DNA of 16,875 nt from Nitrospinales bacterium (lineage in GTDB: Bacteria; Nitrospinota; Nitrospinia; Nitrospinales; JAJDAT01): assembly GCA_046757665.1 (NCBI GenBank), contig JBHHYO010000059.1:1-16875 (forward strand). The letters are read 5' to 3'. The notes below the pieces were generated by a model, which had not been told where the DNA came from, did no database searches, and saw nothing but the letters and a program-made list of their open reading frames with translations. Made by a program: the position numbers and the translations under genes. Positions 1 through 6,933 of this stretch are shown here, piece after piece. The number at the start of each line of letters is the position of its first letter. Within the stretch, counting starts at the first letter, position 1.

Positions 1-73
1 CTACCTTGAGAAAACCCCGATAGACGGACAGGTAACGTCCGCTATCGGCTATTTCAATGACTCTTCCGCTCAT
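1..73 (-). CDS. cas1: CRISPR-associated endonuclease Cas1, type II (5' fragment, runs off the window)
   Basis: The reverse complement from ATG at 73-71 reads MSGRVIEIADSGRYLSVYRGFLKV, resembling type II-C Cas1 N-termini (GRxxEIxxxGRxLSxxRGFL). The ATG overlaps the cas9 TGA (ATGA), the canonical cas9-cas1 junction. Absent from the ORF track because it is truncated. Confidence 0.88.
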   Translation of the reverse strand, partial: MSGRVIEIADSGRYLSVYRGFLKV

Positions 74-3000
74 AAAATCGGTCCCGGGTCGCGCACCCGA
101 CCCAGCGCGTCCACATGAATTTTGCGTACTTGAGATTCCTTCAATTTGCTGAACGAAAGAAAAATAAATACTTTTTCCTTGTCTTTTGTGTAGCGGGTCA
201 TTAAGGCTCCACCTTCTTGATGTTCGGTTACCCAAAGTTGTTTATTTTCTGGACTCAAGCTCACAACTCGAACCGTTTTTTCCTTTCCCTGATCTTTTAA
301 CCGGAGCATATCTCCTTTATGGATTTTCAAAATCAACTTAGCGGCGGGATGCGGGCGAGGGTCGCCTTTGTTTTTTTGATTCGCCTCAAAAAGCGACAAG
401 CCTTTGGCCGCTATTTTTCCGTCCGGCAGACGCCAGAAGGCGACATGGTGAACCTGGCCTGGTATGACGCCTCTCCGGTGAACAGGGTTGGGGAGAGGGT
501 GTTTTATGGGGATTACCGTTTTATCTTTTTTAAGCACGCGGACGCGCTTGATTCCGCTATCCGCGCTAAAATTCGCCAAGGCTTGTTGAAAGGCTTTTTT
601 CTCTTCGATCTGATACGTTGCGTCCAAGAGGCGTCGGCGCAGGTCTTCATCCCGGACAGCTTCCAGTTCCTTGACGGTCAAGGCTTCCACCGCCTTGCTA
701 CATACCAGGTTGTAGTCCTGTTGCCGTTCCCAGTCGGACGGGTTTTCGAGAATGCCGTAGTTGGTCCCCTCGTGCAGTTGACCGGCGATAGAGTGGTCGG
801 GTCGGTGGGAGACGATGATTCGGTTCAGCCATTCCTCGACATCCTTATTGAAATGCGGCCATGGTTCTTTCACGATGATGCGCTTGCGCTCGTCCATTTC
901 GCTCAAGCTCGAAACTTCTTTCAGGAGAGAGCGGTCGGTCAGGGCGGTGACCAGGGCGTCCACGGCGTGATGCCGGTGGTCGTTACGGTTCTTGACTCCC
1001 TTTTGCAGTCCCAGCTTTCTGCGTAGCAGAGCGGTGAGAACGCCGGGTATGGACCATACTTTCTTGTGATCGCAAATATGCGACAGGTATTTTTTGGCGG
1101 TCTTGGATAAATATCGGGTGTCGTTTAGCTGGCGGTCGAGGAACCCGCCTTCATCCTCGAATCGTTCCATGGCATCGCGCTGGAACCTCCACTTTTTGTT
1201 GCCGGGCATGTTCTTGACCCGTTCGAGAATGTCCTCGTAGGAATAATTTGACCCTTCATGGCCAAAGGCTTCATAGGGAGAGCGATTACCTTTAGCTTGG
1301 TTGGCCGACTTCATGGACAGGGTTCGGTTGGACATGGAGTCGTCGCGGGTCCTGGAAAAGGGCAATATGTGCTCGATTTCTACTTGAGGCGAGAACACCA
1401 TGGTCGCGGAGATGGTTTCGCCGGAGAAGGGGCACTTGCGGTCGTTGCAGTCTTGCGGGTTTAACTCCTCCCATAGCTTGTATTTTTCGCGGTTCAGGCC
1501 GTTGTTTGGAATCTTGAGTTCCTCCAGTGTCTTGGCGATTTCCTTGTTGCGTTTCTGGTTCTTGAACTGCTCTTTCTTGAGATTATCCTTTTGATCTTTG
1601 TTGAGTTTCAGTTCGCGCGCCAGTTCTATGACGATCTCGGTGGGTGGGCCGTAGCGGTCGATGATGGCGTTGACCACGAGGCGCAGTTGGTTAAGCCCGA
1701 TGTGCACGCTGGGATTGCCGATGCGGCCCCATCGTTTGATTTCGTCACTCGTACGGGGATTTGGACCCAGTGCCACGGTGGAGTCCGCCCCGACAACGGA
1801 TTCGGGCAATAGTTCTCCGTAGTATTTGAGCCTGGGAAGAAGGTCTTCCGGCGCGGGGTAAGTGTCTGAATGACTCCAGCCGTGTATGGCGGCGGCCTTG
1901 TCCAAGGTAAGCCCCTCTTCCAGCATGGGCGGCCATAGCTTTTGCAGAGCCGTTCTTGAGAATCTCGCGTAGCCTTTTGGGAAATCGTCCGGTGTGAGGT
2001 CGGCCAGGTTTTTGGCCTGTTCTTCGCTCAACCCCCAGTCACTGGTAGCCCGGTTGATTACACTTTCCTCCTCCTCGGCTTCCAGGAAGAACAAGACGAT
2101 TTCATTTTGTTTTTCGTCACCCAATCCATTCCATTTGTTACCGAAGTATTCCTTATCCGAAAGAAGCTTGGCGGTTTGGTTTCCCTTGAGTTCCTTTCGC
2201 CGGTCCGTTTCCAGATTGAATTCGATCCCATCGGGAAGTTTCAATACCGTTTTTATTTTTTTAAATGTGACGGCTTTTTGCTTGTTGAAAATGAACCAGA
2301 GCAGGTTCCTTTGTTCTTCCGTTAACCTTTCCTTGCGGCGGTCCTCCGGATAAATCAGTTCAAGATTTGCGAGGTCCTGGGCGATGGAGAATTTCTGGAA
2401 GCAGGGGAGAGCGTGGGGGGCGCGGTGTTCTCCTTCCACAAAGCGGCAGTACCCCGGTTCCGGGGATTTTAAATCACGCTGATAAAAAATATTTTTTTTC
2501 AAATCGTCCCAGTCGGAATTCTTCAGGTTTGGATGGTAAGGACTTTGTTTTTTACGGATCTCATCGAACTCGGTCTCATAATGCATTCGTTTGGGGTACA
2601 ACTTTTCACCTTTTCTGGCGCGGATAAGTTGGCCTTTCTGATGCCGTTGCCAAAGATACTCGCCAAGGGTGCGGGAGAAGCTTTTTTCCAAAGCTGACTG
2701 AAGTCCTTGCAGGTCTTCGGCAATTTTGCTTTTCTCTTCCTTGGATGCCGTTTTGAGGTTGCTCTTGAACCCCCGGCGTTGGTTGAGATGAAACAGGGCG
2801 CGTCCCAACTCGAAAGGAGTCAACGCCTCATCCAGCGCTTTTGCGCGAATTTCGTAGGGGTTGATTTTATTTTCGAGGGTTTTGCGCTCGGTTTTTTCCA
2901 GGGGCATCAATTCGAGCGCGATCAAACGGTTCATCAAGCATTTTCGCCGCCGAATATATCGATCCCTCCGCCTGCGCGTACCCCTTGCTATTCGCCGGTC

Positions 3001-3162
3001 AACGGCCAGTGATGTCCCTTTGGGATCGCGTCCGTCGGAAAATATACGGCTGTTGCCATCTATTATATTTGCCGGACGTTCTTTCGAGTTCAGTCCCAAT
3101 ACGCACCACCCCAGAGAGTTTGTTCCCAAGTCGAGGCCCAGCCGATATTTTTGCGGTTTCAT
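70..3162 (-). CDS. cas9: Type II-C CRISPR RNA-guided endonuclease Cas9, 1030 aa
   Basis: RuvC-I GLDLGTNSLG; Arg-rich bridge helix RRIARGTRRRRDRYIRRRK; RGFKSN; FYQR; NPSVHIGLNQLR; RuvC-II IELARE; HNH EIEHILPFSRTRDDSMSN...NQAKGN; RQLNDTRY; RuvC-III DHRHHAVDA. GAGG RBS upstream. Size and motifs fit II-C. Confidence 0.98.
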   Translation of the reverse strand: MKPQKYRLGLDLGTNSLGWCVLGLNSKERPANIIDGNSRIFSDGRDPKGTSLAVDRRIARGTRRRRDRYIRRRKCLMNRLIALELMPLEKTERKTLENKINPYEIRAKALDEALTPFELGRALFHLNQRRGFKSNLKTASKEEKSKIAEDLQGLQSALEKSFSRTLGEYLWQRHQKGQLIRARKGEKLYPKRMHYETEFDEIRKKQSPYHPNLKNSDWDDLKKNIFYQRDLKSPEPGYCRFVEGEHRAPHALPCFQKFSIAQDLANLELIYPEDRRKERLTEEQRNLLWFIFNKQKAVTFKKIKTVLKLPDGIEFNLETDRRKELKGNQTAKLLSDKEYFGNKWNGLGDEKQNEIVLFFLEAEEEESVINRATSDWGLSEEQAKNLADLTPDDFPKGYARFSRTALQKLWPPMLEEGLTLDKAAAIHGWSHSDTYPAPEDLLPRLKYYGELLPESVVGADSTVALGPNPRTSDEIKRWGRIGNPSVHIGLNQLRLVVNAIIDRYGPPTEIVIELARELKLNKDQKDNLKKEQFKNQKRNKEIAKTLEELKIPNNGLNREKYKLWEELNPQDCNDRKCPFSGETISATMVFSPQVEIEHILPFSRTRDDSMSNRTLSMKSANQAKGNRSPYEAFGHEGSNYSYEDILERVKNMPGNKKWRFQRDAMERFEDEGGFLDRQLNDTRYLSKTAKKYLSHICDHKKVWSIPGVLTALLRRKLGLQKGVKNRNDHRHHAVDALVTALTDRSLLKEVSSLSEMDERKRIIVKEPWPHFNKDVEEWLNRIIVSHRPDHSIAGQLHEGTNYGILENPSDWERQQDYNLVCSKAVEALTVKELEAVRDEDLRRRLLDATYQIEEKKAFQQALANFSADSGIKRVRVLKKDKTVIPIKHPLPNPVHRRGVIPGQVHHVAFWRLPDGKIAAKGLSLFEANQKNKGDPRPHPAAKLILKIHKGDMLRLKDQGKEKTVRVVSLSPENKQLWVTEHQEGGALMTRYTKDKEKVFIFLSFSKLKESQVRKIHVDALGRVRDPGPIL

Positions 3163-3183
3163 GATTTTTTCCTCGAAAATTAC

Positions 3184-3211
3184 TTGTCATTAAAATTAGG
3201 CATGGTACAAT
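3184..3211 (+). promoter_or_regulatory. Predicted sigma70 promoter of the tracrRNA
   Basis: TTGTCA (3184-3189), 16 nt, TACAAT (3206-3211) with an extended -10 TG at 3203-3204. Predicted TSS ~3217-3219. Confidence 0.7.
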
Positions 3212-3216
3212 TTCAA
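3189..3216 (-). promoter_or_regulatory. Candidate cas9 promoter overlapping the tracrRNA promoter
   Basis: Minus strand TTGAAA (3216-3211), 16 nt, TTTAAT (3194-3189), just upstream of the cas9 RBS and ATG. Confidence 0.4.
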
Positions 3217-3217
3217 C

Positions 3218-3338
3218 CAACAATAGATAGTTACCAGATCATTTATGTAGGAATTTGTGATCCAGCCGGTAACAAGCCTGTTGCCTTCGGGCATCAGGCA
3301 CCAAATTGAGAGCAGGCTACGGCCTGCTCTTCTTTTTT
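3218..3338 (+). ncRNA. tracrRNA: tracrRNA (long form with 5' leader and repeat mimic)
   Basis: Anti-repeat-like segment ending GATCCAGCCGGTAAC-AAG (3259-3276), similar to tracrRNAs pairing with GTTRCGGCTGG-type II-C repeats. Then a hairpin GCCTG-T-TGCC-TTCG-GGCA-T-CAGGC (3276-3299) and a terminator hairpin with a T-tract. Adjacent and divergent to cas9, with its own promoter. The cognate repeat is not in the window, so the anti-repeat cannot be confirmed directly. Confidence 0.85.
3309..3338 (+). terminator. Intrinsic terminator at the tracrRNA 3' end
   Basis: AGAGCAGGC (3309-3317), TACG loop, GCCTGCTCT (3322-3330): perfect 9-bp stem followed by TCTTTTTT. Confidence 0.9.
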
Positions 3339-3349
3339 CGGGTTGTGAT

Positions 3350-3378
3350 ATTTTAGCAGAACTCTTTCGGTATTTCCA
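3350..3378 (-). promoter_or_regulatory. Second candidate leftward promoter (toward cas9, antisense to the tracrRNA)
   Basis: Minus strand TGGAAA (3378-3373), 17 nt, TAAAAT (3355-3350) with extended -10 TG (TGCTAAAAT). Confidence 0.4.
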
Positions 3379-3430
3379 GATTTTTTATCCCCATGCCGAA
3401 AATTCGGGGGCGTTTTGGGTTACGCGGCGG

Positions 3431-4549
3431 TCACTTCGGAAACGACGTCGGGGCCTTGACATTCTGCCAGCCCTCGCCGTTGAGCGTGCGCAACATCTCC
3501 ACGAGGTCGCGCTTTTCCGATTCCGTAAGTTTGAGCGGAATGATCTGGTTGTCCTGAAAAGGATTCTTGATGCCGCCCTGATTGTAAAATTCGACCACCT
3601 CCTCGAGCGTTCCGAACCGGCCGTCGTTCATGTAGGGCGCGGTGCGTGATATCTCGCGCAGTGTCGGCGTCTTGAACGCGCCGATGTCCTTCGGGTCCCT
3701 GGTCACGGCGTACCGTCCGAGGTCCACCATGTCGCCGTCCCAGCCGATGCCGAGGTTGTGAAATTTCTCATCGGAGAAGTTGGAGCCGAAATGGCACAGG
3801 TTGCACCGCGCCTTGCCGAAAAACAGTTTGCGGCCGCGCTTGGCGGCCTCGGAAATGGTTTCCTCCAGTTCCCGGTCGTACCGGTCGAACGGGCTGTTGC
3901 CGGAAATGAGGGTGCGCTGGAAGGAGGCAATGGCCTTGCCGACATTCTCTATTGTGATGCCCGTTCCGAAAACTTCCTTGAACAGTTTTTTATAACCCTC
4001 GATGGTGTTCAGCCGCGCCACCGCCGCGTCGTGGTCGGGGAACCCGTGCTCGACGGGGTTGATCAGCGGGCCGATGGACTGCGCTTCCAGGCTGGGCGCC
4101 CGGCCGTCCCAGAACTGCGCCTTGGAAAAAGCCCGGTTGATCGCCGTCGGCGCGCTTCGGCCTCCCCGCCGGCGATCGATCCCCATGGAAACCGGCTGGC
4201 CGTCCGTGAAGGCCAGCGCCGGGATATGGCACGTGGCGCAGGCAATACTGCTGTTGCGCGACAGGCGTTTGTCGAAAAACAGAAACCGGCCCAGCTCGAT
4301 TTTTTCCTTCGTCAGGGGATTGTCCTTGGGGACGAAAAAATTATCCTCCTCCAGTCCCAGAGGAATCTCCGGCATGTATGTTTCCTCCGGCGCCGCTCCG
4401 GCCCACGCGGCCGCGCCGGCCAGCAGAAAAACCGCCGCGACGACCGCCGCCGCCAGCCGTTTCCCGGACTCAAGCCACTGCCTCATCATGGTGTTTCCCG
4501 TCCCTGCCGCCGCGTGGCCGTCTTGTTCCACTGCGATAGTCCTGGTCAT
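3431..4549 (-). CDS. Di-haem cytochrome c peroxidase / MauG-family protein, exported
   Basis: Two CXXCH motifs (CATCH, CNLCH); LGRFLFFDKRLS; QFWDGRA; FKTPTLR; TAPYMNDG; signal peptide ending AAAWA. Start moved from 4714 to ATG 4549, which follows GGAGAAGGAGAG; the longer ORF overlaps oxyR. Confidence 0.93.
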   Translation of the reverse strand: MTRTIAVEQDGHAAAGTGNTMMRQWLESGKRLAAAVVAAVFLLAGAAAWAGAAPEETYMPEIPLGLEEDNFFVPKDNPLTKEKIELGRFLFFDKRLSRNSSIACATCHIPALAFTDGQPVSMGIDRRRGGRSAPTAINRAFSKAQFWDGRAPSLEAQSIGPLINPVEHGFPDHDAAVARLNTIEGYKKLFKEVFGTGITIENVGKAIASFQRTLISGNSPFDRYDRELEETISEAAKRGRKLFFGKARCNLCHFGSNFSDEKFHNLGIGWDGDMVDLGRYAVTRDPKDIGAFKTPTLREISRTAPYMNDGRFGTLEEVVEFYNQGGIKNPFQDNQIIPLKLTESEKRDLVEMLRTLNGEGWQNVKAPTSFPK

Positions 4550-4618
4550 TTTCTCTCTCCTTCTCCAAGAGGGTTGCGTATTTGTCGGTTGCGCTGAATC
4601 CAGTATTGGCGCTTTTGC

Positions 4619-4648
4619 TTGATTAAGCAAATCAATTAAAGTTATAAT
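4619..4648 (+). promoter_or_regulatory. oxyR promoter overlapping a dyad (candidate LysR/OxyR operator)
   Basis: TTGATT (4619-4624), 18 nt, TATAAT (4643-4648). Perfect dyad TTGATT-N5-AATCAA at 4619-4635 in the AT-rich gap between the divergent peroxidase and oxyR. Confidence 0.65.
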
Positions 4649-4655
4649 TCGATAG

Positions 4656-5618
4656 ATGAAAACTATCACGATCATCCAGCTCTCGTACGTCGCCACCGTG
4701 GCCCGGACCCGCAACTTCGGCCTGGCGGCGAAAACCTGTTTTGTGTCCCAGCCGACCCTGAGTATGCAGATTCAAAAACTGGAGGAGGAGTTGGGGGTGA
4801 TCCTGTTCGACCGCTCCAAACGGCCCGTCGAACCGACCGCCATCGGCCGCGGCATCGTCCGGCAGGCTCGGGTGGTGCTTCAGGAAGTGCGCCGCATCGA
4901 GGAGATGATCGGGGAGGAGCGGGGAGAGGTGAGCGGCGAGTTCCGGTTGGGCATCATCCCCACGCTGGCGCCGTATTTACTGCCGCTGTTTCTGGAAAGC
5001 TTCACCAAAACCTATCCGGGGGTGAATTTGATCATCGAGGAACTGCAAACGCGGCAGATCATCGAGCGGTTGGCGGATGACAGCATCGACGCCGGGATTC
5101 TGGTGACGCCGCTGAACTGCCGCGGCATCATCGAGCGGCCGCTGTTTTACGAGCCGTTCGTGGTCTATCTGGCCCCCGGCCATGCCTACCGGTCGCTCAC
5201 GAAAGTTTCGGAAAACGATTTGAGCCTGAACGATATCTGGTTGCTGAACGAGGGGCACTGCTTTCGGGACCAGGCCATCGAGCTGTGCAAAAAAGTGCGC
5301 GACAGGGGATTTGGGAACAAAAACCCGGTGTTCGAGAGCGGCAACCTGGAAACGCTGAAACGCCTGGTCGACAAAAAATTCGGTTACACCCTGCTACCCT
5401 ATCTGGCCATCGCGGACATGCCGGAGAGCCGGCGCGAGAGAAGAATCCGCCTGTTCAAGGCGCCGGTGCCGACCCGGGAAGTCAGCGTCGTTTACAGCCG
5501 CGCCTTCCTGAAAAAACGGACGATCGACGCCCTGGCGAGCGCCATCGTGTCGTCCGTACCGGCGGCGTTGAGGCGCCGGCCGGGGAAAAGCCGCGTCGTC
5601 GAACTGCCGCCCTTTTGA
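4656..5618 (+). CDS. oxyR: Hydrogen-peroxide-inducible LysR-family regulator OxyR
   Basis: LysR HTH (NFGLAAKTCFVSQPTLSMQIQKLEEELGVILFDR); LGIIPTLAPYLLP; redox-active C-X8-C in LLNEGHCFRDQAIELC; divergent from a peroxidase gene. Confidence 0.93.
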   Translation: MKTITIIQLSYVATVARTRNFGLAAKTCFVSQPTLSMQIQKLEEELGVILFDRSKRPVEPTAIGRGIVRQARVVLQEVRRIEEMIGEERGEVSGEFRLGIIPTLAPYLLPLFLESFTKTYPGVNLIIEELQTRQIIERLADDSIDAGILVTPLNCRGIIERPLFYEPFVVYLAPGHAYRSLTKVSENDLSLNDIWLLNEGHCFRDQAIELCKKVRDRGFGNKNPVFESGNLETLKRLVDKKFGYTLLPYLAIADMPESRRERRIRLFKAPVPTREVSVVYSRAFLKKRTIDALASAIVSSVPAALRRRPGKSRVVELPPF

Positions 5619-5634
5619 TTGGCCGGTCGGGCGG

Positions 5635-6069
5635 TCACTGGCCGGCGAAGGTGCGGATGAACTGGATGACGTTCCAGCCTTCCTCCTCGGTCAACTCCTT
5701 GCCCACGCGGACGGGCATCCCGGTGCCGGGACTGCCGTTTCTCAGCACCCACATCAACTCGCCGTCGGTGCGCAGGTCCTGCCATTTTGCGTCGGTGAAG
5801 TCGCGCGGCGAGTGGCCGGGAATCCTGACGCCCTTGCCGTCCGCGCCGTGGCAGGTGACGCACAACCCCTTGCCGAAATAAATGGCGCGGCCGGCTTCGA
5901 TCCGCTCCGCCGTCACCGGGTACGGGCTCTCAATCTCCTGCACCTCGTCGAGACTCTCCGCCGGCACGCGCGGTTCATAGATGCCCGGATGAAACGCAAA
6001 GGCCGTCTGGCCGATCAGCGCCACCGACAACGCGGCCGCAAGGCAACTCCTTTTCCGGAGCATTGACAT
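5635..6069 (-). CDS. Monohaem c-type cytochrome, exported
   Basis: Signal peptide ending TAFA; single CVTCH; PRDFTD...TDGELMWVLRNGSPGTGMP with distal Met. Start uncertain (6063, 6069, 6081 or 6087). Confidence 0.88.
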   Translation of the reverse strand: MSMLRKRSCLAAALSVALIGQTAFAFHPGIYEPRVPAESLDEVQEIESPYPVTAERIEAGRAIYFGKGLCVTCHGADGKGVRIPGHSPRDFTDAKWQDLRTDGELMWVLRNGSPGTGMPVRVGKELTEEEGWNVIQFIRTFAGQ

Positions 6070-6118
6070 AACCGCCGGCATCCTCAAGGATTACGTTCTT
6101 CTATAATATCCTTTCCTG

Positions 6119-6652
6119 TCATTTCTTCGCGATGCTCCCGTGCAAAGCTTCCCAATGCCCCACGGATTGCGGAATGGACACCGAGCCATCGGGTATGGGC
6201 GCGCCCTTGGGCCACAGGTGGAAAATGATGCCGTCCGTTTTGCCGACGTACTCCGCCAGGTCCTTTTGCGCCTTGGGGTCGGTGGGGTTGAGGATGGCGA
6301 CGCGGCCCGTGGCGATTTCCTGCTGATGGTCGTGCCAGTTTTTCACATGCGACCATTGGGGAATGACTTTCCGCGCCAGCTTCTTGGAAACCATGTACTC
6401 CACCTCCATGAGCCGCGCGTTGGCGTCGGTGGATTCAAACAAAATGCACTGGATGACGTCGTCATTGATGGGCTTGCAATAATGATGAAAAGGTCCCACA
6501 ATCTCTCCGTCCATAACGTGCGGCGCGGCGACGTGGATGGTGTAGCCTTGCAGGGGGTTGGGGGGCGCGTCGCCCGCGAAAACCGGATGAAAAAACAAGC
6601 CCGCCAAAATTATCGCCAAACAAACCGCTGTCCAATTGCCGATGTTTTTCAT
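6119..6652 (-). CDS. DUF1264 / OBAP-like family protein with signal peptide
   Basis: HHYCKPINDDVIQCILFES...ARLMEVEYMVS...WHDHQQEI...GIIFHLW pattern typical of DUF1264. ATG 6652 follows AAGGGG and precedes a signal peptide ending VFA; the ORF-track extension to 6874 is not credible. Confidence 0.8.
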   Translation of the reverse strand: MKNIGNWTAVCLAIILAGLFFHPVFAGDAPPNPLQGYTIHVAAPHVMDGEIVGPFHHYCKPINDDVIQCILFESTDANARLMEVEYMVSKKLARKVIPQWSHVKNWHDHQQEIATGRVAILNPTDPKAQKDLAEYVGKTDGIIFHLWPKGAPIPDGSVSIPQSVGHWEALHGSIAKK

Positions 6653-6780
6653 GTGTGTCCCCTTTTTAGTAAGAGAAATAACGGAGAAAACGATCCCACT
6701 CCCCGGGCAAGCGAAAAACCCGGGCGGCCGGGCGCCGGGCCGGTCGATCCGCCCCATTGCTTTTGCGCCCGCGATCCTAC

Positions 6781-6810
6781 ATAATAACAACATTCCGGGG
6801 ACGCCTTCAA
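6781..6810 (-). promoter_or_regulatory. Candidate promoter for the DUF1264-cytochrome c unit
   Basis: Minus strand TTGAAG (6810-6805), 18 nt, TATTAT (6786-6781) with extended TG; the only AT-rich patch in this GC-rich spacer. Confidence 0.5.
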
Positions 6811-6933
6811 CTCGGTCTTGCGGGACATACCGCGAAGCCGCGGCGCACGGTAAAACCGCCGGTTTGACCGCCATGAAACCAAACCCGGCAAACCGGCATC
6901 TAAAGTTTCGGTTTTCTCCACTTTAACGAGGCA

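Noticed and set aside
70-3162. Nuclease-dead or degenerate Cas9
   Set aside because: All catalytic motifs are present, the frame is intact and cas1 follows directly.
3350-3385. Orphan degenerate CRISPR repeat on the minus strand (ends TGCTAAAAT like many II-C repeats)
   Set aside because: The 5' part shares only CTGGA with the repeat inferred from the anti-repeat; better explained as a promoter.
3257-3649. 130-aa plus-strand ORF
   Set aside because: Runs through the tracrRNA and its terminator and is antisense to the peroxidase; no motifs.
4619-4635. FNR box (TTGAT...ATCAA)
   Set aside because: Spacing is N7, not the required N4.
6775-6784. 10-nt match (TTATGTAGGA, minus strand) to tracrRNA 3243-3252, overlapping the DUF1264 promoter -10
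   Set aside because: The matching tracr segment lies in the loop/anti-repeat rather than a guide position, and a 10-mer match to some part of a 120-nt RNA is expected by chance in 17 kb.
6653-6933. Lysine riboswitch upstream of dapF
   Set aside because: Conserved riboswitch core elements and a terminator expression platform were not recognisable.
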